Below are positions 8,830 through 17,099 of a DNA stretch of 32,000 nucleotides, piece by piece. Position 1 is the stretch's first letter. The number at the start of each line of letters is the position of its first letter. The stretch is taken from assembly GCF_018336915.1 (NCBI RefSeq), contig NZ_CP064923.1:2160001-2192000 (forward strand). Direction: 5' to 3'. A model generated the notes under the pieces. That model was not told the origin of the DNA and made no database searches. It worked only from the letters and a program-made list of their open reading frames with translations. The translations under genes and the position numbers were made by a program. The DNA is from Acaryochloris marina S15. Its GTDB lineage: Bacteria > Cyanobacteriota > Cyanobacteriia > Thermosynechococcales > Thermosynechococcaceae.

Positions 8830-9832
8830 AAGCTAAAGGGCGAGAACAACGTGGATCTAAAAGCGTGGCCTTTTCAGGATCTCTAGGGAACCAAAAAGCA
8901 GTTCTTTTACAGACTTCAACTAGTGCCAGCATAAGCGGAACTTCAATCAGAACTCCGACCACTGTAGCGAGAGCAGCTCCCGAGTTCAGGCCAAACAGCA
9001 TGACCGCAGTTGCGATTGCTACTTCAAAGTGGTTACTGGCTCCAATCAGAGCGGCAGGTGCTGCGTCTTCATAGGTCAACCCCAGCTTTTGAGCTATGAC
9101 ATAGGTCATTAAAAAGATAAAGTTCGTCTGTAGAAACAGAGGAACTGCAATCAACACAATATGCAAGGGGTTGTTAACGATTAACTCCCCTTTCAGGGCA
9201 AACAGTAGTACCAAGGTGACCAGTAGAGCGATGACGGCCATGGGGCTGAGCCACTTCAGGAAAACTTGCTCAAACCACTGTCTACCGCGATGCTTCAGAA
9301 TCCAGTATCGGGAACTCATACCGGCGATTAACGGCAGCCCCACATAGATCAAGACCGACAAAACGATGGTCTGCCAGGGCACGATTAAATCGTTAGCGGC
9401 TAATAGCCAGCGCCCCAATGGGGCATAAAGAAATAGCATTGCTAGAGAATTCACAGCTACCATGACCAGGGTATGTCCTTGATTGCTGTAAGACAGGTAT
9501 CCCCACATCAGCACCATGGCTGTGCAGGGCGCAATCCCCAACAAAATAGCACCGGCAATATAAGAATCTGCCAAAGACACTTCACTACCACGAATGACTT
9601 CAGTCCCTTGCAACAGAGGCGTAAATACCTGTCCTAAAAAGAACTGAGCTAAAACCACCATCGTGAAGGGTTTGATCAGCCAATTGACGCCTAGGGTTAG
9701 TAGCACAGGCTTTGGGGTGCGAGCTGCACGACGAGCTTGGCTGAAATCTATCTTGACCATGATGGGATACATCATGAAAAAAAGACAAACCGCAATGGGG
9801 ATAGAGATTTGGTGGAAACTGGCTGCATCCAG
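8830..9832 (-). pseudogene. acr3: Acr3-type arsenite efflux permease, C-terminal fragment (codon ~51 to the native end)
   Basis: The minus frame reads [30 protein letters not shown]...NWLIKPFTM...[11 protein letters not shown]..., typical Acr3/BART-superfamily sequence. The upstream end is cut by the IS at 9833. The native TAA stop is split by the IS630 insertion, so the present ORF reads 11 extra codons ([11 protein letters not shown]) into IS630. Confidence 0.85.
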
Positions 9833-11263
9833 ACAATACCTTCGCCAGGTAAGGATATGAATACAAGGTATTAGTCAAGAGGGCTTTAGTAGGACACTTG
9901 GAATTACTCCTAACCCAGTATCGCTAAAGCCCATGTTTGAGATCCTACCGCTTTTAGATTGCTTGCATCCTTACATCAATCAGACAACCCAGAAACAGCT
10001 GAGCGTCATTATCAGCGCTATGTTGGCGATGAGTGGTCGTGTCACCATGCTAGGGATATCCCGCTGGGCCGGTAAGGGGGGTAGCTATCGGAGTGTCCAG
10101 CGTTTTTTCTACACAACCATTTGCTGGCCGAACCTCCTGTGGGTGTTTTTCCGTGAGCACTGCTGGCGTCGCCACGACACCTATCTTCTCGTGGGAGACG
10201 AAGTCGTGGTGACCAAAGCTGGCAAACACACCTATGGTCTAGGTCGCTTCTTTTCAAGTTTGTATCAGCAGCCAGTGCGCGGTCTCGCGTTCTTTGGTTT
10301 ATCGTTAGTGAGCATTGAGCAAGGTCATGCTTATCCAGTGCGTATTGAGCAAGTGATTCGAGCCCCTCAGCCCCAAATCTTGCCCAAAGTCGAGAAGAAA
10401 CGAGGTCGGGGTCGGCCCAAAGGCTCCAAAAATCAAGACAAAACATCTGTGAGTCTCAATCGAGAATTACTACACATCAAAAGTATGATCACGGCCCTGC
10501 TGGAGCTGATGTGGGGAAGCCTATCACCGACTCATTTGGCCCTGGATGGACACTTTGGCAACAACTATGCCGTGCAAATGGCCCGCCGGGTGGGACTCCA
10601 TTTGGTCTCCAAATTACGGTATGACTCCGCCTTGTATCTCCCCTACCAAGGGGCCAACAGCAAACGCAAATATGGACAGAAGCTCAATCCCCGCCAGATC
10701 GATGAACCATTTCTGTGTGAGCGCTTCTGCGATAAAGGTATTCAAACCGAGATTTTCCAAGTCCCACAGGTCCTCCATAAGGAATTTGCCCAAGCTCTCA
10801 ATGTCGTCATTATTGTCAAAACGAACCTGAGCACCCATGCACAAGTTCACGTCATTTTGTTTAGCAGTGATTTGGAGTTAGCCTACCAGAACGTGATTGA
10901 CTATTACTCCCTCCGATTCCAGATTGAGTTTAATTTCAGGGAGGCCAAGCAGTTCTGGGGCTTGGAAGATTTCATGAACACCACTCAAACCGCAGTGACC
11001 AATGCAGTGAATCTGTCTTTCTTTATGGTCAATCTCTCTGAGCGTCTATTGCGAGACTGCCGGCACGACAATGCCATATTCAGTGTGCTGGACTTGAAGG
11101 CTTGCTGTCGTGGGTACCGCTATGTTGAGGAGGTCTTGAAATTACTTCCGCAAAAACCAGAGCCTATTTCTTGGGCACAGATTATTGCTAAGGTAGCCAA
11201 CTTAGGCGCGATACATCCTAGACAAGCATCCGAAAAACCTGAATGATTTGGCGAAGGTATTGT
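9833..11263 (+). mobile_element. 1431-bp insertion sequence (IS701/IS4-superfamily-like) with 15-bp terminal inverted repeats and a 4-bp target duplication
   Basis: IRL is ACAATACCTTCGCCA at 9833-9847 and IRR is TGGCGAAGGTATTGT at 11249-11263, a perfect reverse complement. CCAG occurs at 9829-9832 and 11264-11267. There is a single 437-aa transposase ORF. Family assignment is uncertain; the 4-bp duplication favours IS701-like. Confidence 0.8.
9933..11246 (+). CDS. DDE transposase of the IS701/IS4-like element
   Basis: 437-aa ORF filling the element. The N-terminus ([33 protein letters not shown]...[25 protein letters not shown]) resembles cyanobacterial IS4-type transposases as I remember them. 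The stop lies 2 nt before IRR. Confidence 0.75.
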   Translation: MFEILPLLDCLHPYINQTTQKQLSVIISAMLAMSGRVTMLGISRWAGKGGSYRSVQRFFYTTICWPNLLWVFFREHCWRRHDTYLLVGDEVVVTKAGKHTYGLGRFFSSLYQQPVRGLAFFGLSLVSIEQGHAYPVRIEQVIRAPQPQILPKVEKKRGRGRPKGSKNQDKTSVSLNRELLHIKSMITALLELMWGSLSPTHLALDGHFGNNYAVQMARRVGLHLVSKLRYDSALYLPYQGANSKRKYGQKLNPRQIDEPFLCERFCDKGIQTEIFQVPQVLHKEFAQALNVVIIVKTNLSTHAQVHVILFSSDLELAYQNVIDYYSLRFQIEFNFREAKQFWGLEDFMNTTQTAVTNAVNLSFFMVNLSERLLRDCRHDNAIFSVLDLKACCRGYRYVEEVLKLLPQKPEPISWAQIIAKVANLGAIHPRQASEKPE

Positions 11264-11414
11264 CCAGACCGACTGCGATGCCAGGCGCAATCCGCCCCAA
11301 GAGAATGCCCACACCAATACAAAGACCCACCCACAGGGTGAGATAGCGTTCAAAGACATTAAGCTGTCCCCCTGCCTGGACTGGAGGGGTGAGTCGAGTT
11401 TTTTGAGTTGTCAT
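11264..11414 (-). pseudogene. acr3: Acr3-type arsenite efflux permease, N-terminal fragment (codons 1-50)
   Basis: [50 protein letters not shown] is a typical Acr3 N-terminus (FERYLTLW). The rest of the track ORF ([10 protein letters not shown]...) is read-through into the IS. Confidence 0.85.
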
Positions 11415-11472
11415 AATTTGATGAGGTTGACGAGAACCCGCTGAATCAGAAAATACTTGAAATAAGAAAGTT

Positions 11473-11892
11473 CTAGCTTGTGCCTATAGATATTTCGTTT
11501 TCTTTAAAAACGCCACAATCTGTATGAATTTGCTGTTGGCTGAGTTGCTCTTCACATCGATGGATAAGCGGTAGTAATTCTGCTTTTAGTTCTTGGAGCT
11601 GAATGATTTTGCTTTCGATCTGTTCAAGCTTTTTGAGTAGTCGTTCATGAATTTCACCGCAAGTTAAGGTATTCCCGGCTTGTAGTACCAAGATCTCTTT
11701 AATCTCGTCTAGGGTTAGCCCTAACGTTTTTGCTCGCTCTATAAGAGATAAACGGGCCAAATCTTGATCATTGAAGACTCGATATCCGGAGTCATTTCTC
11801 TCTGGCGCAGGAATGAGGCCAATCCGCTCATAGTAATAGAGGGTCTGAGGATTAAGGCCAAAGGTTCGAGCAACATCGCTAACACGGTTCAT
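11473..11892 (-). CDS. MerR-family metal(loid)-type transcriptional regulator
   Basis: 139 aa. There is an N-terminal MerR HTH ([37 protein letters not shown]) and a long coiled-coil helix. Cys78, Cys113 and Cys126 sit at positions equivalent to the metal-ligand cysteines of MerR/ZntR-type sensors. Confidence 0.85.
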   Translation of the reverse strand: MNRVSDVARTFGLNPQTLYYYERIGLIPAPERNDSGYRVFNDQDLARLSLIERAKTLGLTLDEIKEILVLQAGNTLTCGEIHERLLKKLEQIESKIIQLQELKAELLPLIHRCEEQLSQQQIHTDCGVFKENEISIGTS

Positions 11893-11920
11893 GATGGCGA
11901 TAGGGATTTACACTGGTTGC

Positions 11921-11952
11921 ATCATAAACCTTATACCTAGCTATAAGGTCAA
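11921..11952 (-). promoter_or_regulatory. MerR-type promoter/operator: -35 TTGACC, 20-nt spacer carrying the dyad ACCTTATA-N6-TATAAGGT, -10 TATGAT
   Basis: The minus strand reads TTGACCTTATAGCTAGGTATAAGGTTTATGAT. The -35 is at 11952-11947, the dyad at 11949-11928 and the -10 at 11926-11921, about 29 nt upstream of the merR-like ATG (11892). An over-long 19-20 nt spacer containing a dyad is the hallmark of MerR-family regulated promoters. Confidence 0.65.
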
Positions 11953-12306
11953 GGAGCATATGCTTCCTGACTGTTGTCGCTAAGTCTTCAAACCTCTACA
12001 AATCAGGGGTCTTTAGTCCAAGGAGTGAAAGCATGATGTTGCTGAAAGCGGAGTTAAGGTTGAACCAGGCCTCTTGAAACCCTTATTCCCTCCTAGATGA
12101 CTGTCAGTTAAACAACTTTATTGCGATTGAATGGGCAAGCAAGAACCCTGATGAAAAAGCTGCGAGTCTTCTGCTAAAGGGGGGGAAGAGATAACGGCAA
12201 AAGTCAGCTCTCCAAACCTCTTCCCCTTTTGCCGTAGTCCCACGATAGACTGTGTAAGCAAACCTTTGGTCTGCATGAATTAGGCAATATTTCAGTGGGG
12301 TCGGTG

Positions 12307-14445
12307 ATGGCGACGTTTTTATTAGAAGTGGGTACAGAAGAGTTGCCCGCAAGTTTTGTAGAATCGGCGATTCAGCAATGGAGATCGCAAATTCCTAACA
12401 GTCTAAAAGAACATCTCCTGACCCCAAAATCCCTCAAGGTTTATGGTACGCCCAGACGACTCGCCATATTGGCTGAAGGCTTGCCAGAACAGCAGCCTGA
12501 CCAAACTGAAGAGGTCAAAGGTCCTCCTGCCAAAGCCGCGTTTAAGGACGGCCAACCGACCAAAGCCGCCGAAGGATTTGCCCGTAAACAAGGGGTTGGT
12601 ATTGCTGATTTTGAATTGCGCGATACGGAGAAAGGTGAGTTTATCTTTATCCAGAAAACGACCCTGGGTAAGCCTGCGGTTGAAGTTTTAGCCGCCCTGA
12701 TTCCAGATTGGATTTTTGGCCTAGACGGTAAGCGGTTTATGCGTTGGAGCGATGGAGAAGTTAAATTCTCCCGGCCGATTCGATGGTTGGTATCGCTGTT
12801 GGACGATCATCTTATACCTATTAAATTGGAGAATTCAACAGGTACGATAACTAGCGATCGCATTTCCAGTGGTCATCGGGTGCTCCACCCTGAACCGGTG
12901 ACGATCAAGCATCCCCAAGACTATGTTGCCACCTTAGAAAAGGCTTCTGTACAGGTGGATCCAGGCCAGCGCCAAACTTTAATTCAAGAGCAGATTCACG
13001 CCTGTGCCCAGTCCGTTAAAGGCAAAGCCGTCATTTCCGAAGATCTGCTGACGGAAGTGACCTATTTAGTGGAATGGCCTACCGCCGTAGTGGGGGGCTT
13101 TGAGTCAGAATTTCTGGAGCTGCCTTCCGAGGTAATTACGACAGAAATGGTGAGCCATCAGCGCTATTTCCCCGTTGAGGCTAGTAAAGAAGCTAAGCTT
13201 TTGCCTCACTTCATCACGATTTCCAACGGCGATCCAGCGAAGTCAGAGATTATCTCGTTTGGGAATGAACGGGTGATTCGGGCTCGGTTAGCCGATGGTC
13301 AGTTTTTCTATAAAGCGGATCAGGCGCTGTCTCTTGCGGATTATTTACCGAAGCTAGAAACGGTGACCTTCCAGAAAGATTTAGGATCTGTACGGGCCAA
13401 GGTGGATCGTATTCAGGCTAACGCCCAACGCATTGCCCAGCAGCTCAAGCTCGATAAAAAGACGACTCAACAGGTAGAGCGGGCAGCCTTGCTTTGTAAA
13501 GCAGATTTGGTGACCCAAATGGTAGGTGAGTTTCCTGAATTGCAGGGAGTGATGGGTGAGAAATATGCGATCGCAAGTGGTGAATCCACCGAAATTGCCA
13601 CTGCTATCGTTGAACATTACCTACCCAAAGGGGCCAACGATCAGCTCCCACAGACTCTTGTAGGGCAGATCGTCGGTATTGCCGATCGATTGGATACCCT
13701 AGTCAGTATTTTCGGCCTAGGGATGATTCCCACCGGGTCGTCCGATCCATTTGCTTTGCGCCGGGCAGCCAATGCCATTCTCAATATCGTTTGGGCTGCC
13801 AATCTAGATCTCAACCTAGATCAACTACTCACAGAAACCATCACTGCCTTTACCAAGACCTTTGCTAAATTCCAGCCCGATGTCCAAAAGCTTCATGACT
13901 TTTTTGGGCAACGACTACGCAGTTTGCTTCAGGATGAGCAGAACATTGACTACGACTTAGTCAATGCAGTCTTAGGCGAAAATGGTGAGCATGCCCAGCG
14001 GGTGCTGGTGGATGTGCTAGATGGCCGCGATCGCGCTCAATTTCTGCAGACCATCCGCACCGATGGCACGTTAAACACGATTTATGAAACCGTCAACCGA
14101 GCTGCTCGACTGGCGACGAAAGGCGATTTGCCAACCGATGTGCTGGATCCGAAAGACCTTGTGAATCCGAAGCTGTTTGAACAGTCATCCGAACAGGCTT
14201 TTTATGATGGCTTACTCAAGCTCTTACCTCAAACTGAGGCAGCCCAAGCTTCTCGAGACTATCAACAGCTTGTCCAGGGCTTAGCAGAAATTGCGCCTGC
14301 AGTGAGCCAATTTTTTGATGGCGACGATAGTGTTTTAGTTATGGCAGAAGATGCTGATTTGCGCACTAACCGCTTGAACTTACTGGGATTATTGCGCAAT
14401 CACGCCCTCGTGCTAGGTGACTTCGGAGCCATCGTCAAAAGCTAG
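12307..14445 (+). CDS. glyS: Glycine--tRNA ligase beta subunit
   Basis: [18 protein letters not shown] is a typical GlyS N-terminus, and the length (~712 aa) fits. I prefer ATG 12307 over the track's GTG 12295. Confidence 0.93.
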   Translation: MATFLLEVGTEELPASFVESAIQQWRSQIPNSLKEHLLTPKSLKVYGTPRRLAILAEGLPEQQPDQTEEVKGPPAKAAFKDGQPTKAAEGFARKQGVGIADFELRDTEKGEFIFIQKTTLGKPAVEVLAALIPDWIFGLDGKRFMRWSDGEVKFSRPIRWLVSLLDDHLIPIKLENSTGTITSDRISSGHRVLHPEPVTIKHPQDYVATLEKASVQVDPGQRQTLIQEQIHACAQSVKGKAVISEDLLTEVTYLVEWPTAVVGGFESEFLELPSEVITTEMVSHQRYFPVEASKEAKLLPHFITISNGDPAKSEIISFGNERVIRARLADGQFFYKADQALSLADYLPKLETVTFQKDLGSVRAKVDRIQANAQRIAQQLKLDKKTTQQVERAALLCKADLVTQMVGEFPELQGVMGEKYAIASGESTEIATAIVEHYLPKGANDQLPQTLVGQIVGIADRLDTLVSIFGLGMIPTGSSDPFALRRAANAILNIVWAANLDLNLDQLLTETITAFTKTFAKFQPDVQKLHDFFGQRLRSLLQDEQNIDYDLVNAVLGENGEHAQRVLVDVLDGRDRAQFLQTIRTDGTLNTIYETVNRAARLATKGDLPTDVLDPKDLVNPKLFEQSSEQAFYDGLLKLLPQTEAAQASRDYQQLVQGLAEIAPAVSQFFDGDDSVLVMAEDADLRTNRLNLLGLLRNHALVLGDFGAIVKS

Positions 14446-14477
14446 AATGGAGGGGATCTATCGGCCCCCTTGCCTAT

Positions 14478-15734
14478 ATGGCAGCTCCCCCTTTACTGAA
14501 TCCCACCTGCCACCGTACCCCTGAAGGGTTAATGATTATTGCAGAGCATCTACCCGTGGATGCGGTCAACTTTAGCCTTTGGGTGAATGCTGGCTCGGCG
14601 GTGGAAGCTGATGCCATCAATGGTATGGCTCATTTCTTAGAGCATATGGTGTTTAAGGGGACAGAGCGGCTCCCAGAAGGTGCGTTTGAACGCCAAGTGG
14701 AGGCCCGAGGCGGCGTTACCAATGCCGTCACGAGTCAGGACTACACCTGCTTTTACGTCACTGTTGCTCCTCGGGATTTTAATGCGATCGCACCGTTGCA
14801 AATTGATCTGGCCCTCAATGCCCGTCTAGATGCCGAGAGCTTTGAGCGAGAACGGCTGGTGGTGCTGGAGGAAATTCGCCGTTCTGACGATAATGTTCGC
14901 CGTCGACTATTTCGGCAAGCCATGACCTTGGGATATGCCCAATTACCCTATCGGCGACCTGTTCTGGGTCCTGCTGAGGTAATCCAATCCCTTGCTCCCA
15001 AGCAAATGTATGACTATCATCGGTCTTGGTATCATCCTGAAAATCTAACCGCTGTTGTGGTGGGTAATCTGCCCGTGGAGCAGATGATCGAAACCGTTGC
15101 TCAAGAATTTGCCACACCCTCTAGTCCTCCTCCCTCGGCCCCAGTCCAGGCCATCGAGCCGCCTTTTGTTGACATCACTCGTCAAACAGTCGTTGACCTT
15201 AAACTGACCCAGGCTCGCTTAGTGTTGCTATGGCGGGTACCCGGAATTCAACAGCTCTCTCAAACCTATGCCTTAGATGTCCTAGCCAAAATTTTAGGAG
15301 GTGGACGAAACGCGCGCTTAGTTAAATCCCTACGAGAAGAGAAGCAGTGGGTTGAGCGCATCTCTGTCAGTAACCTCACTCAGGTATGGCAAGGGTTATT
15401 TTGGATCTCCGCCCAGGTGCCGCCAGAGAATTTGGAGCGGGTAGAAGCGGAAATTATCCGTCATTTACAGCAGCTCCAAGATGAACCGTTGCCCGCATCA
15501 GAGTTAGAACGACGACAACGGCAAATGGTGAACCAGCATTTATTTGGTACTGAAAGCCCGTCTAGTCGAGCCGGTCTGTATGGATACCACCATGCGATCG
15601 CCCATAACCTAGAAGCTGGCCTGCAGTATCCACAGTATATTCAGCAACTGACCCTAGCTGATCTGCAACAGGCTGCTCAGACTTACCTCTCCACCACGGC
15701 TTATCGGGTATTAACAGTACTGCCAGAGGCTTAA
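14478..15734 (+). CDS. M16 (pitrilysin/insulinase) family zinc peptidase
   Basis: 418 aa with the inverted zinc motif HFLEHMVFKGT (HxxEH) near the N-terminus, and a downstream E in EERGG-like VEARGG. Confidence 0.88.
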   Translation: MAAPPLLNPTCHRTPEGLMIIAEHLPVDAVNFSLWVNAGSAVEADAINGMAHFLEHMVFKGTERLPEGAFERQVEARGGVTNAVTSQDYTCFYVTVAPRDFNAIAPLQIDLALNARLDAESFERERLVVLEEIRRSDDNVRRRLFRQAMTLGYAQLPYRRPVLGPAEVIQSLAPKQMYDYHRSWYHPENLTAVVVGNLPVEQMIETVAQEFATPSSPPPSAPVQAIEPPFVDITRQTVVDLKLTQARLVLLWRVPGIQQLSQTYALDVLAKILGGGRNARLVKSLREEKQWVERISVSNLTQVWQGLFWISAQVPPENLERVEAEIIRHLQQLQDEPLPASELERRQRQMVNQHLFGTESPSSRAGLYGYHHAIAHNLEAGLQYPQYIQQLTLADLQQAAQTYLSTTAYRVLTVLPEA

Positions 15735-15749
15735 TCCCTCAGACCGTCC

Positions 15750-16853
15750 TTAACTGACCGATAACTGTTTTAACAAGGCATCCACTTTCTTAACCCCATC
15801 GGCTTGGCGCTGAAGTTGGTACAGCTGACGGGCTTTGCGTAATTCAGGAATGGCTTCCCGATGGCGGTTCCGGGCAATGAGCGCTTTCGCTAATTTATAA
15901 AAGGCGCTGGGATTACGCTTTTCTAGCTTAGCTGCCTGACGAAAGGCAACCACAGCCCCTAAGGCATCCCCCTTTTGCATCAATACATCCCCCAGACCTT
16001 CATGGGCTGCCCCTAAATTCTTGTCATGCTGCAACGCCTGTTTATAGGCCGCTAAGGCTCGCTCGTTGTTTCCCTGGCTCTGCAACAGCTGTCCTGTCCG
16101 CAAATGGACCTTGGGGTTTCTTGGATCTAATTTGACTGCTTTATCTAGGGCTGCTAATCCTTCTTTCGTTTTGCCTTGAGCGGCATAGGCCAAAGCCAGA
16201 TTCATCTGAATTTCGCCATTCTTGGGAGACAAAGTGGCGGCTTTTTTCAAATTAGTAGCGGCAGGCTCCACCTGATTCCTTTTCAAGTGAATCAGCCCAA
16301 TCGAGTTGTAGGCTCCGCCATTCTTGGGGTTAATCTCGATCACTTTTTGGAAGTTTTGGAACGCTTCGTCATATTTCTGTTGGCGACTGTAAATGACGGC
16401 CAGGCCTTCATAGGCCCGTACATTTTTGGGTTCCAGTTCGATGACTTTTTGATAGGCCGCCGCAGCTTGGTCATTCTGGCCTAAGTTGCCCAAGCTGTAT
16501 CCCAAGGCATAGTGAAAATTGGCATTTTTACCATCGAGGGCGATTGCTTTTTTATAAGCTTCGACGGATCGGGCAAAATCCTTTCTTTGGGCCTGAATAT
16601 AGCCAATCGCTGAAAATATACGCGGGTTTTTGGTGTCTAGCAGAGTGGCTTGTCGATAGGCCTGCAAGGCCATATCTAAATTATTGGCCTCCACCAACTC
16701 TTTACCTTTCTTAAATAGCTGAAAAAGTTGGCGATCTTTATTCACCTGGGCCACAGGTTCAGCATGGACAGGGCTGTTTACCTGTTCAGGAATGATGACT
16801 CCAACCCCCAGAATTAACAAAATACTGGTGCTTAGTAAGCGCATGCTTAACAT
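15750..16853 (-). CDS. Secreted tetratricopeptide-repeat (TPR) protein
   Basis: 367 aa. An N-terminal signal-like MLSMRLLSTSILLILGVGVII is followed by about 9 consecutive 34-aa TPR units (A..Y..A..LDP.N..A pattern). Confidence 0.8.
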   Translation of the reverse strand: MLSMRLLSTSILLILGVGVIIPEQVNSPVHAEPVAQVNKDRQLFQLFKKGKELVEANNLDMALQAYRQATLLDTKNPRIFSAIGYIQAQRKDFARSVEAYKKAIALDGKNANFHYALGYSLGNLGQNDQAAAAYQKVIELEPKNVRAYEGLAVIYSRQQKYDEAFQNFQKVIEINPKNGGAYNSIGLIHLKRNQVEPAATNLKKAATLSPKNGEIQMNLALAYAAQGKTKEGLAALDKAVKLDPRNPKVHLRTGQLLQSQGNNERALAAYKQALQHDKNLGAAHEGLGDVLMQKGDALGAVVAFRQAAKLEKRNPSAFYKLAKALIARNRHREAIPELRKARQLYQLQRQADGVKKVDALLKQLSVS

Positions 16854-17099
16854 TCATCTCTCCTGATTACAAAATCGTCAACATACTTCATGGTTGTTAA
16901 CCCTGCCTTAAAAGAAGTGGCATTTTTGCCAAAACAGACTGAATCCTGAGTTACACCAGAGGTACGTCTCAAGTCTCTGCAGTCTACGAGCAGGAACTCC
17001 TTCATTCATGAGACTGAGATTTACCCCTTCTAGTTTCAATTTTCATTATTTTGCTTGCTGCGATTGATCGCAGCGATATCGTCTATCAACGAGGTAACT

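Noticed and set aside
10042-11359. Several minus/plus ORFs inside the IS701/IS4-like element (10042-10446, 10546-10830, 10614-10850, 11120-11359)
   Set aside because: They overlap the 437-aa transposase ORF in other frames and show no protein-like features.
11960-12306. Possible T-box leader upstream of glyS
   Set aside because: No T-box consensus, specifier loop or long stem I is visible. T-boxes are also not expected in cyanobacteria. The inverted repeats are reported separately as an unclassified structure.
12104-12352. 82-aa minus-strand ORF overlapping the glyS start
   Set aside because: There is no motif, it overlaps a confidently called gene, and it spans the structured inverted-repeat region. 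It is most likely spurious.
5817-12853. Absence of HIP1 (GCGATCGC) over the ars/IS region as evidence of foreign origin
   Set aside because: A similar HIP1-free gap (15602-21974, about 6.4 kb) occurs in plainly core genes, so the gap is not statistically meaningful at this sample size.
17058-17073. Dyad CTGCGAT-TG-ATCGCAG 27 nt upstream of the EF-G-like start
   Set aside because: It looks like a degenerate or expanded HIP1 palindrome. It has no flanking promoter elements or repetition, so the evidence for a regulatory site is insufficient.
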